Source: Acinetobacter phage vB_AbaM_DLP2
Reading direction: 5' to 3' (one strand)
Sequence record: OP946502.1
Length of the DNA stretch: 24,000 bases
Below, in pieces: positions 1-7,344 of the stretch (within the stretch, counting starts at the first letter, position 1; every line of letters starts with the position of its first letter). The position numbers were made by a program, and so were the translations under genes. The notes beneath the pieces are model-generated. The model saw only the letters and a list, made by a program, of their open reading frames with translations. It was not told the origin of the DNA and searched no databases.

Positions 1-1365
1 AATATCCTTACGAACTACAATAATTTCAGTGGATGTTTTAGGATATTTTGCATCAGACGACATTGCAATGGCTCTAATAGTATCTTTAAGTTTCTTAATG
101 GTAAGCCCTTCATCTACTAGAAAAGTTATTTCTGGACGAGAATATTCGACCAATTCAGAAAGACGGACTTCTGATACTTTGAAACGGCGCCAAACAGAAA
201 TATTGTCAACAACTTTTTTAATTTTTGGCGTATATGGGTCTACTGTGTATACTCGTGCACGGCTTAACATGTTTGTTAATTTTAATGAATTTACCACTTT
301 TACCGAAGAGTAAAGTTTATCGGTATCCATGCCATCTAAAAATTCAATTTTGTCACGTTCAATTGCTTGGAACTTTGCTGAAGGCAATTTGTTTAATGCA
401 CGAACCAATGGGCGAGCATATTGAATTTTGCGCAAATCATTTAAGTCTTTTTCCATCAGGTCATTATTAAGCTTGTTGACCTTTGCACAAATATTTTTGA
501 CAGTGAACTCATCCATCTGCAATTGTTCACGTGAAGGTTGTGGCATCAATTCATTAATGTCAAAATGTACATAAACAACAGATGCAGTAGCGCGAAGCCA
601 TGAGCATTTCATGCCAGGCGTGCCGTCTAGTGGATAAACGATATTGCCACAAATCGCATATACACCTGGCGGATTTGTGTATTGATTTGATGAAGTCAGA
701 AACATTTCAGGGTATTGTGTATATGTTTCATAGTCACACAAATGTTTAATATCTAATGAAGTGCCTCGAATTTCAAATGTCGCTGGATCAAATGGCGTCA
801 ATATGTATCGAAGTTCAATCTGCCAAATGCCAATATCGTCTAATTTAACTGGAACCGTGACTTCAATACCATTTCGATCGCCATCTTCAAATGGGCCTTC
901 GAAAACTTTCATTAGTTGAGGCTCGCCATTCGATAGAGCCGCCGTATAAATTCGAACTATTCCTTCATGATATGATGTTACATTAAATGTGTCTGTATAG
1001 GAGAATGGAGACTTAGCACCTAAACCGAACCCGCCAATCTGATTACCATCTTCGGTTTTGAGAGACTTAAAGTATTGGGTATAAATTGTAATCATGTCAT
1101 CATGACTTAGCCCAGGACCAAAATCTCGTACCACAAATCTCGGATCAAGTTCAGTTGGAGCTTTAATGATGAATTTTTCAGATGAATTGATTAAGCGATG
1201 CGCATCTAATGCGTTGCAAATTACTTCACGAACTACTGCACGAATTTTATTTTTATAAATGCCACTTGACAAAATTTGAAAGGCTTTTGCCGATGTGCTA
1301 ATAGTAAATGTGTGTGCATCAGAGCTATTACCAAGAATTGTTTCATGTTGTTCATTGAATTTCAT
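1..1365 (-). CDS. rIIA: RIIA-like protector protein, N-terminal part (runs off the left edge of the window)
   Basis: Minus-strand reading from ATG at 1365 gives MKFNEQHETILGNSSDAHTFTISTSAKAFQILSSGIYKNKIRAVVREVICNALDAH...DPRFVVRDFGPGLS...IGGFGLGAKSPFSYTDTFNVTSYH, closely resembling T4 RIIA (GHKL fold). Absent from the ORF track because it is open at the window edge. Confidence 0.93.
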   Translation of the reverse strand, partial: MKFNEQHETILGNSSDAHTFTISTSAKAFQILSSGIYKNKIRAVVREVICNALDAHRLINSSEKFIIKAPTELDPRFVVRDFGPGLSHDDMITIYTQYFKSLKTEDGNQIGGFGLGAKSPFSYTDTFNVTSYHEGIVRIYTAALSNGEPQLMKVFEGPFEDGDRNGIEVTVPVKLDDIGIWQIELRYILTPFDPATFEIRGTSLDIKHLCDYETYTQYPEMFLTSSNQYTNPPGVYAICGNIVYPLDGTPGMKCSWLRATASVVYVHFDINELMPQPSREQLQMDEFTVKNICAKVNKLNNDLMEKDLNDLRKIQYARPLVRALNKLPSAKFQAIERDKIEFLDGMDTDKLYSSVKVVNSLKLTNMLSRARVYTVDPYTPKIKKVVDNISVWRRFKVSEVRLSELVEYSRPEITFLVDEGLTIKKLKDTIRAIAMSSDAKYPKTSTEIIVVRKDI

Positions 1366-1384
1366 TTCAGTTTTCGCCTATAAA

Positions 1385-1585
1385 TTAAAGTACATGTTCA
1401 TATTGTTTCAATAATTCGACTGAACGACGAATATCTTCATCCGTGTGAACTTCTGCATCAATGCGTGCAGCCATTTCTAAATTTAAATTGCGATCAATTG
1501 CAGCTTGATGCTCATCAAAGAATCGTTCTTGCGCATGGTGATGATGATCAATTGCAGTACGTAATTTAATAATATCGATTTTCAT
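1385..1585 (-). CDS. hypothetical protein, 66 aa
   Basis: ORF in the same orientation as neighbours, directly upstream of rIIA. Confidence 0.6.
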   Translation of the reverse strand: MKIDIIKLRTAIDHHHHAQERFFDEHQAAIDRNLNLEMAARIDAEVHTDEDIRRSVELLKQYEHVL

Positions 1586-1623
1586 TTCAATTTCCTCATC
1601 ATGATATTTGATTTGATATGACT

Positions 1624-1652
1624 ATTATACCAACAAATTATAGCAAAGTAAA
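1624..1652 (-). promoter_or_regulatory. sigma70-type early promoter, TTTACT-N17-TATAAT
   Basis: -35 at 1652..1647 and -10 at 1629..1624 on the minus strand, spacer 17, preceded by G (GTTTACT). Confidence 0.7.
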
Positions 1653-1679
1653 CAGTTTATTCAAAAAGTTTAGATAAAA

Positions 1680-1805
1680 TTAAAGGACCCGTAGGTCCTT
1701 TTTGTATTTTTCTTTACGTTCGTATTTTGAACGATCTTTAACAACCTGCATTTTGAATGCAGGTGTTCTGACAGCTTTTGCGATCGGATTACGTTTACCT
1801 TTCAT
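1680..1805 (-). CDS. small basic protein, 41 aa
   Basis: MKGKRNPIAKAVRTPAFKMQVVKDRSKYERKEKYKKDLRVL*; GGAG-type SD upstream; start overlaps the upstream gene end as ATGA. Too short for the supplied track. Confidence 0.7.
   Translation of the reverse strand: MKGKRNPIAKAVRTPAFKMQVVKDRSKYERKEKYKKDLRVL
1682..1701 (-). terminator. putative intrinsic terminator
   Basis: 8-bp stem AAAGGACC/GGTCCTTT with 4-nt loop and T-rich flanks on both strands, overlapping the end of the 41-aa gene. Confidence 0.55.
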
Positions 1806-2041
1806 TTTTTCTCCGTGTATGATCTAAATAATCGATATGGGTACAAAATCGCAATGAGCGAATAAATTAACAAGTGAACTACTAACAGTGCTATCAATCC
1901 AACGACTGGCATTTGACAAATAAAATCAGTCTTGTTTGGTCCAAATTTATGATCATGATCACCTTCTTCGACATAGGTGCTCCATTTAAATGTGCTGTTT
2001 AAATTTGTTTTGATAATATTGAGTAACTTCTTCATTTCCAT
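1802..2041 (-). CDS. small membrane protein, 79 aa
   Basis: One hydrophobic segment (PVVGLIALLVVHLLIYSLIAILY); overlaps end of the ATP-grasp gene. Confidence 0.65.
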   Translation of the reverse strand: MEMKKLLNIIKTNLNSTFKWSTYVEEGDHDHKFGPNKTDFICQMPVVGLIALLVVHLLIYSLIAILYPYRLFRSYTEKK

Positions 2042-3300
2042 AACTCCAAATATTTATTCTCTAGATCTTCCGGTACAAAGAAATGGCTTGCAAAAAATGC
2101 GTCCATACCTGTGACAAGATTTCGATCTTCTCGAATAGACATACCACATGCTTTGTCGCCAATTATCCATGAACCGATGATAGGATAATAACCGTCATGC
2201 GGTTGAATATCATGCCATTGTTGATACATATAGCCCCAATGATCATATTCAGGCACTTTGTGCGATCCGGGTGCTAAATGACTAAGCTCTTCGCCTGAAC
2301 AAAATTGTGAACGATAAATATTTGAACCTTCACGTCCATGAATTGCTTTCTTAGCATACTGTCCAGATTTCGGACGATGGTTCCCATCAAAGCTTGCTAA
2401 TAAGTTAGGATGATTAGGGAACATTTGCCATAATTTAACAAGCATTGCTTTGTTTGAAAGTAACATTTTCCATGCAGGTTCCATCCATCGTGTATTAGTG
2501 CAATCAAGAATGTCAGATCCAAATTTCTCTTCAGTCATCCATTCCCAAGGATAAAGTTTAAAACAATTTTTGATCTCTTGGTCTTGAAGATCAATGAACG
2601 ATTTAGTTTCCGGGCCAGTGCCAATACGTTCTTTCAAAAGGCCAATGTCTTGCATTTGCAGTTCTTTGACTGATAATCCTGCTCGAAGTGCAGAATCCAT
2701 CAAATAAACTAAATTGCCAAAGTCTTCATGGCGGAATCCACCACTTGATGCAAAATGAACTAATTCGCCGGGTTTAAATCGAGATTGCCATACTTCTTGA
2801 AGAGTTTCATCAATAAGATTATATTGAATACGCAGATCGTCAGGATAATCTCTTCCATCAGGAAGTTTCTTCATACCTTCGATATAATTCCATTGTGCAA
2901 CAGAACACTCAAGAATTGAAACTGGTGTATCGCCATTGTACTCAAACATTTTCAATGAATTGTCCAAGCCAAATGCAAGGTCAAAACGTCCATATAATGA
3001 TTTGTCGCCACGTTTCCATGATTGTTCAATTAATGGAATTGAATTTTCATCCAAGTTGAAGTATTCAGGGTAATCTCCAGACGTGACCATTTGCTCTACC
3101 ATTGCACATGACATATCATGAAGTTCTTGTGTTGCGGCTTGAATGCGATCAATTTCACTTTCTGACATACCATACACTACACCTTCTTGCCAATACGGTG
3201 CACCTTCAGGGCCGGATGGAGCATTCCAATAGTTGAAGCCGATTCCCTCTAAAAGCTCGACATGATTAGGGCGAATTTCGAAATTAGTATGTCGTTTCAT
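2032..3300 (-). CDS. glutathionylspermidine-synthase-like / YgiC-YjfC-type ATP-grasp protein, 422 aa
   Basis: IRPNHVELLEGIGFNYWN...YWQEGVVYGMSESEIDRIQAATQELHDM, FNGDTPVSILECS-like FEYNGDTPVSILE, KPLYGREGSNI-like KKAIHGREGSNI, DNRNLVTGMDAFFASHFF. Confidence 0.85.
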   Translation of the reverse strand: MKRHTNFEIRPNHVELLEGIGFNYWNAPSGPEGAPYWQEGVVYGMSESEIDRIQAATQELHDMSCAMVEQMVTSGDYPEYFNLDENSIPLIEQSWKRGDKSLYGRFDLAFGLDNSLKMFEYNGDTPVSILECSVAQWNYIEGMKKLPDGRDYPDDLRIQYNLIDETLQEVWQSRFKPGELVHFASSGGFRHEDFGNLVYLMDSALRAGLSVKELQMQDIGLLKERIGTGPETKSFIDLQDQEIKNCFKLYPWEWMTEEKFGSDILDCTNTRWMEPAWKMLLSNKAMLVKLWQMFPNHPNLLASFDGNHRPKSGQYAKKAIHGREGSNIYRSQFCSGEELSHLAPGSHKVPEYDHWGYMYQQWHDIQPHDGYYPIIGSWIIGDKACGMSIREDRNLVTGMDAFFASHFFVPEDLENKYLELWK

Positions 3301-3332
3301 ATTTTCACTCAGGTTGTAGTGTATAGAAGTAT

Positions 3333-3361
3333 TTTAAACAATATTATTAGCGATGTAAACT
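3333..3361 (-). promoter_or_regulatory. sigma70-type early promoter, TTTACA-N17-TAAAAT
   Basis: -35 at 3361..3356 and -10 at 3338..3333 on the minus strand, upstream of the ATP-grasp gene. Confidence 0.7.
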
Positions 3362-3363
3362 GT

Positions 3364-3648
3364 TTATCTAAATTTAGTATATTCGCAACGATGTTGAGGG
3401 ATTTTCATATAACGATCGGCTAATGTTAAACTAACATATGTGCCATCAGAATACCATGTAATAGAACTATCGTTACCTGTATATGTAACAATTGAATCGC
3501 CTAAAAGTGATAAACATTTGAGCGTAACTGTGCCAGCAGGCGTATATCCCTGATTTGCCTTTGGGCGTTGCATTACAAAAATGCTCAATGCGATAACAAT
3601 TCCAACAATTAAACAGAATATCATCTGTCCATTATTTAACTTACTCAT
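3364..3648 (-). CDS. membrane-anchored hypothetical protein, 94 aa
   Basis: N-terminal hydrophobic helix (MIFCLIVGIVIALSIFVM); GGAGG-type SD. Confidence 0.65.
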   Translation of the reverse strand: MSKLNNGQMIFCLIVGIVIALSIFVMQRPKANQGYTPAGTVTLKCLSLLGDSIVTYTGNDSSITWYSDGTYVSLTLADRYMKIPQHRCEYTKFR

Positions 3649-3660
3649 AAAACCTCCAAA

Positions 3661-3676
3661 TGGGACCGAAGTCCCA
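3661..3676 (-). promoter_or_regulatory. intergenic UUCG-capped hairpin
   Basis: Minus strand TGGGAC-TTCG-GTCCCA, located between two genes and just upstream of an SD. Confidence 0.6.
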
Positions 3677-3682
3677 AATTAA

Positions 3683-4219
3683 TTAACCACCAGAAGATAC
3701 AGCACCACCAAAACCACCACGAGACACTGAAGTACTACGTGAGACTGATGTGCTTCGAGATGTGGCAGCTCGAGCAGATACGGCACGAGATTCTGTTGCA
3801 CGATATGAATTTAAAGTACTACGAGCTGGTGGAACATATGCACTTGAGCCCATTGAACGTTGACGTTCTTTATACGAATTATATGAGCCATTAGACAACA
3901 TATTGCCAAGCATCATACCCATGGCACCTGCCATTAGCATATCCATACCAGAGAACCCAGAATCAGATGCAGCTTTAGATGCGGCAGCAGGATCAGTTTT
4001 ATGGAGTTCAAGTAATTTTACCCAATCTTCATATGTGCCAGTATAACCTTTTGATTTAGCTTCTTCATATGATTTGTTAAGTGTATCTGCGACTTGAACA
4101 AATGCACCTTCAGGAGTTTGTGTCACACTTTCTGCCACAGCAACAGAATCATCTTTTGTACATCCGGCTAAAACGAAAGCCGGGACAATAAGCATTGCAA
4201 CAGATTTTTTAAGTTTCAT
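3683..4219 (-). CDS. lipoprotein with Ser/Arg/Gly-rich tail, 178 aa (possibly YgiB-like)
   Basis: Signal peptide with lipobox LAGC (MKLKKSVAMLIVPAFVLAGCTKDD); C-terminus RSTSVSRGGFGGAVSSGG. Confidence 0.7.
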   Translation of the reverse strand: MKLKKSVAMLIVPAFVLAGCTKDDSVAVAESVTQTPEGAFVQVADTLNKSYEEAKSKGYTGTYEDWVKLLELHKTDPAAASKAASDSGFSGMDMLMAGAMGMMLGNMLSNGSYNSYKERQRSMGSSAYVPPARSTLNSYRATESRAVSARAATSRSTSVSRSTSVSRGGFGGAVSSGG

Positions 4220-4228
4220 AAGTTTGCC

Positions 4229-4312
4229 TTAGTTGAAATAAACAATTAAACCACAAGCCATAATAATTATTCCTATAAGGAATCCAGATGACCAGTTATA
4301 CTCTGGAAACAT
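4229..4312 (-). CDS. putative 27-aa membrane peptide
   Basis: MFPEYNWSSGFLIGIIIMACGLIVYFN*, preceded by GGAG-N5-ATG. Confidence 0.5.
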   Translation of the reverse strand: MFPEYNWSSGFLIGIIIMACGLIVYFN

Positions 4313-4322
4313 AGTATCTCCA

Positions 4323-4664
4323 TTAAATATCAATGTTTGAGTACTGTGCAATGATTGCAAGTCCTACAGAAATGAAGACCAATCCAACCCAAGCTCCAAC
4401 ATCTAAGTTTTGATTAAGCATTGCTTTAGCTAGAAATGCGGTGGCAATGGCTCCAAGGCCTGACCACATGACATATAAAATTCCAGCTTGCATATATTTC
4501 AATGCCATAACACAAGCAATAAATGATCCAACATATAATGCAGCGCCAATCATCAAAGGCACAATATTATTAAATCCATCTGCCTTAGCCATATAAATCG
4601 TTGAGTCAACGTCGGTTACAATGGCAACAAGTAACCATACTACTCCCAACTGAACCGGCGTCAT
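4323..4664 (-). CDS. small multidrug resistance (SMR/EmrE-like) family membrane protein, 113 aa
   Basis: Four hydrophobic segments; YMQAGILYVMWSGLGAIATAFLAKAMLNQNLDVGAWVGLVFISVGLAII matches the EmrE pattern YxxxGIAYAxWSGxG...GQxLDxxAxxGxxLIxxGV. Confidence 0.85.
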   Translation of the reverse strand: MTPVQLGVVWLLVAIVTDVDSTIYMAKADGFNNIVPLMIGAALYVGSFIACVMALKYMQAGILYVMWSGLGAIATAFLAKAMLNQNLDVGAWVGLVFISVGLAIIAQYSNIDI

Positions 4665-4744
4665 ACTAGTTCACTCAAAACTTTACGAGCTTCTTTAAGC
4701 CAGTCATCACGAGTGATGTCGCCATTTGTTAAATTGATCTTCAT
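4661..4744 (-). CDS. putative 27-aa small protein
   Basis: MKINLTNGDITRDDWLKEARKVLSELV*; stop overlaps the SMR gene start as ATGA. Confidence 0.4.
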   Translation of the reverse strand: MKINLTNGDITRDDWLKEARKVLSELV

Positions 4745-4776
4745 ATTAATTTACTCATCTGATTTAAGATAGAACC

Positions 4777-4805
4777 ATTATAACAACAGTTCTATCTCAT
4801 GTAAA
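4777..4805 (-). promoter_or_regulatory. sigma70-type early promoter, TTTACA-N17-TATAAT
   Basis: -35 at 4805..4800 and -10 at 4782..4777 on the minus strand. Confidence 0.75.
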
Positions 4806-4818
4806 CATTAAAAATGAA

Positions 4819-5826
4819 TTATTTTTGGATTAAATCCAACCAAATTTCTCGAATTTCAGTGGTAACAATTTTCTGCAATTCTGCTTTGAATTTTGAAGGT
4901 TGCTGAGCTGCATTCAAAGTAAGACCTTCACGTTCGGCTTCTTCAAAAATATCTTTCATTGTAAGACCCATTACTTTGCCAAAGTCTTTAGTTGTCACTT
5001 CACCAATGTGAGAAACAACATTCGAGATACGAGCTTTAGTAACATATTCACTGAATTTGCTCAATAGTTCTAAGTCTTCAGGCGGTAACGGAGTAGGAAT
5101 TTTAGGGAGTTTTGATTTGCCTTTTTCTTTAAACTTGTCAGTTTTATATTTGATCGCAAGGCGAGATCCACTGCGCAAGAACATTGGAGTATTTGGCTTG
5201 ATGACAAGACCTTCTGCAACATTATCTTTAGGAGCAGGCTGTGGATGAACGCTATACATATTTTCCCATGTCAATGATGGTACAATAGAATCGAATTCAA
5301 CCGGTAATTTCAAAAGTTGTTCAAGTGTACCACGAGCAATTAATGGAGCAATTTTCAATCCACGATAATCGCAGAATTCTTGAACTTTATCATCAGCCCA
5401 CCAACCGTGTGAAAACCCTGCATCTGGCGCATCCATATAGATGTCAAATACATAGAATGATTTAGGACCATAATCAACTTCTTTCTGGATTCCTTCACCT
5501 GCATATTCACCAAAGATTTGCATACTTTTGAATGAAGGCACGTTAGCAACAAGATCACTTTGAATTGCTTCAAATACGTCAATCAAGTCTTTCATTAGAT
5601 CTTCATATCCGAAGAATTTTTCAGTTTCACCAATGAAACCTGAACGTTTTGCAGGTTTGATAGAGTCCGCTGTAATGACAACCGAGAAGTTTGTGCCGTG
5701 AATTTTTTCACGAGCTACAAATTCTGTGTTGACTGAACCTTCACCTAGTGCAATAGCATCAAAACATTGGCGAATGAATTTATCGTTAGTGTGGTTTTCA
5801 AGGCTTGAATATTTAATGAAAGACAT
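4819..5826 (-). CDS. rnlB: RNA ligase 2 (T4 Rnl2-like)
   Basis: SFIKYSSLENHTNDKFI...VAREKIHGTNFSV (KxxG nucleotidyl-lysine motif), FGEYAGEGIQKEVDYG, YVFDIY, AEGLVIKPN, RLAIKYK; C-terminal domain resembles T4 Rnl2. Start with SD (GGAG-N6-ATG) is 5826 rather than 5838. Confidence 0.93.
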   Translation of the reverse strand: MSFIKYSSLENHTNDKFIRQCFDAIALGEGSVNTEFVAREKIHGTNFSVVITADSIKPAKRSGFIGETEKFFGYEDLMKDLIDVFEAIQSDLVANVPSFKSMQIFGEYAGEGIQKEVDYGPKSFYVFDIYMDAPDAGFSHGWWADDKVQEFCDYRGLKIAPLIARGTLEQLLKLPVEFDSIVPSLTWENMYSVHPQPAPKDNVAEGLVIKPNTPMFLRSGSRLAIKYKTDKFKEKGKSKLPKIPTPLPPEDLELLSKFSEYVTKARISNVVSHIGEVTTKDFGKVMGLTMKDIFEEAEREGLTLNAAQQPSKFKAELQKIVTTEIREIWLDLIQK

Positions 5827-5851
5827 ATTGTTCTCCAAAGTATTGGGATTA

Positions 5852-6046
5852 TTAAAGTACTGCGATTGAACGACTGATTAAAATAGGACCTACTTTTTTA
5901 GGTGTAAGGAAATCAGAATTTGTGAGTTTTTCGAGATATAGAGTTTCCTGTTCTTTAGAAACAATTACAATATCGATAGTTTCTTGGTGGACTGCAATGT
6001 GTCCTGATTCCATGTTTGTTGCTACAACTTCAACCAAGATTTTCAT
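5852..6046 (-). CDS. hypothetical protein, 64 aa
   Basis: ORF overlaps the upstream gene end by 4 nt (ATGA-type). Confidence 0.6.
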   Translation of the reverse strand: MKILVEVVATNMESGHIAVHQETIDIVIVSKEQETLYLEKLTNSDFLTPKKVGPILISRSIAVL

Positions 6047-6402
6047 TCTACTGCTCCAAAAATTGCGGATACTTTTCCATCAGAATAGGTATGTAAAATT
6101 ACTCTGATTCCTGCTAAGCGATTATTTTCTAGAGTGGTTAGATTTGCATCCGAAAGGTGCATGTGTTTAAAAATTCCTTCATCAGATGCTTCATCAATTT
6201 CACACACTATAAGAGGATTTTTTGCATATCGTTTAATAGATACTTCATCATAATCTAAATCAAGATTTAGCAACTCGTTATATGTAGGGAAGCGTTTACG
6301 TGCTTCGATGATTAGTTTACGTTCATTAGGTGTCTTAGACAAATTTGCGGCATCGTTAAAGACTTTGACCAAATTGTTGTAAATCGTTGCAGTGAGTTTC
6401 AT
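6043..6402 (-). CDS. hypothetical protein, 119 aa
   Basis: Start at MKLTATIYNNLVKVF has a nearby purine-rich SD; the longer 145-aa version would overlap the gp60 gene. Confidence 0.6.
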   Translation of the reverse strand: MKLTATIYNNLVKVFNDAANLSKTPNERKLIIEARKRFPTYNELLNLDLDYDEVSIKRYAKNPLIVCEIDEASDEGIFKHMHLSDANLTTLENNRLAGIRVILHTYSDGKVSAIFGAVE

Positions 6403-6424
6403 TTCTTTCTCCAAAGGAGTCAGC

Positions 6425-6947
6425 TTACGCTGACATCCAATCTTTACGAAGTTGTGCATCATTACCAAATAGCATTTCAAATTGTTCTTTCCAATTTTCA
6501 GGAAGTTTAACTACATCGAAATGTGGTTCACGAATAACTTTTTCATACTCTTCCATCTCCAAGCTTCCGAGACCCTTGATGTAACGGAAACTATAGCCTT
6601 TAAGATTCGGCTTATCTGCTTCATATTCATCAATTGTGTAATACCATTTTTGGTCTTTGCCTTTCTGACAAATTGCAACTGGAGTTTTGACAAACTTGAT
6701 TCGTCCTTGTTCAAACAATTCAGGCCAATTACTAAAGAATGCCAATAACGATGGATAAATTGATCCAGTCCCGTCTTAATACTCGAAGTTAAAAATTAGA
6801 TTAGCCCGAAGGCTAATCTACATCCGCATCTGTCATAATGGCGATGTTGCGATAATTCATAGTACCAGTGAAAGTACGGCGTACATTAGTTTGAGCTTTA
6901 TAAGTGTTCATATCAACATCAGTTTTTGCGATTTGAGTTAATTTCAT
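6425..6947 (-). CDS. 60: DNA topoisomerase II large-subunit C-terminal part (gp60 homologue), two ORFs joined across a 43-nt gap: 6947..6816 then 6772..6425
   Basis: First part MKLTQIAKTDVDMNTYKAQTNVRRTFTGTMNYRNIAIMTDADVD (44 aa, SD GAGG-N6-ATG), then TAG; second part GTGSIYPSLLAFFSNWPELFEQGRIKFVKTPVAI...RYIKGLGSLE...VVKLPENWKEQFEMLFGNDAQLRKDWMSA. Joined product is 159 aa; T4 gp60 is 160 aa and is read across a bypassed gap at the same DADxDG site. Confidence 0.93.
6773..6815 (-). promoter_or_regulatory. predicted 43-nt translational bypass gap (take-off GAU at 6818..6816, landing GAC at 6775..6773, resume GGG at 6772)
   Basis: UAG follows the take-off codon; the downstream frame opens directly after an in-frame UAA with a synonymous GAC; GAG 6 nt before GAC; gap is 43 nt (not a multiple of 3). 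Confidence 0.88.
6797..6820 (-). promoter_or_regulatory. take-off stem-loop of the predicted bypass element
   Basis: Minus strand TAGATTAGCC-TTCG-GGCTAATCTA: perfect 10-bp stem with a C(UUCG)G tetraloop that contains both the take-off codon and the stop codon. Confidence 0.9.
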
Positions 6948-7344
6948 TGTATACCTCGTAAAATTTTTCATCTGGAGTCCACCCTTTTTCAAATTCTTCA
7001 AAAATTCTACTATATAGGCGACTTCCACTAGTAATACCATTGAGATCTTTCCAGTATTTAACTGGATTTTCAAATGTCTCAATATTGTGTAAGTATATTT
7101 TAACATACCAATCATAGAAAATTGGTATTGCTTTAACTATTTGTGCGTATATAGGCAAAGAATTCTTGTGATACCAAGGCCTAGCCTTCTTTTTAGCAGC
7201 GGCCGCTTTAGTGGCATTTCTGAAATTGCCAACGCCTTTTAGGCCTAGTTCTTTGACAATAGGATCATTTGGGTCTAAGAAATATGTCGTCCCTAGATGA
7301 TCTTTGAAACATGTATGATGTTTATTGATCTCGGCATTTTCTTT
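6919..7344 (-). pseudogene. out-of-frame continuation of the HNH homing endonuclease (C-terminal module)
   Basis: Frame open from 7344 reads KENAEINKHHTCFKDHLGTTYFLDPNDPIVKELGLKGVGNFRNATKAAAKKKARPWYHKNSLPIYAQ...RLYSRIFEEFEKGW..., typical of C-terminal modules of phage HNH endonucleases; -1 relative to the HNH ORF. Only its last 79 codons are in the ORF track. Confidence 0.65.

Noticed and set aside
29-470. Plus-strand ORFs of 94 and 81 aa
   Set aside because: They are antisense to the strongly supported rIIA reading frame.
6425-6745. 106-aa ORF beginning MAFFSNWPELFEQ and 100-aa ORF beginning MIGMLKYTYTIL as independent proteins
   Set aside because: They are track artefacts of one gene. The 106-aa Met is not a real Met of the conserved protein (GCA codes Ala after TTG), and the 100-aa ORF start lies upstream of the true SD-ATG at 6947, in sequence overlapping the endonuclease remnant.
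6773-6815. Self-splicing intron or intein as the explanation for the gp60 interruption
   Set aside because: 43 nt is too short for a group I or II intron and contains stops in frame, so no intein.
6797-6820. Stem-loop followed by TAATTTTT on the minus strand, looks like an intrinsic terminator
   Set aside because: It lies inside a conserved coding gene whose downstream half (GTGSIYPSLL...) is intact, and the T-run is offset by TAA. The full context (matched Asp codons, stop, GAG-N6-GAC, gp60 nascent peptide) fits a bypass element much better. Partial termination activity cannot be excluded.
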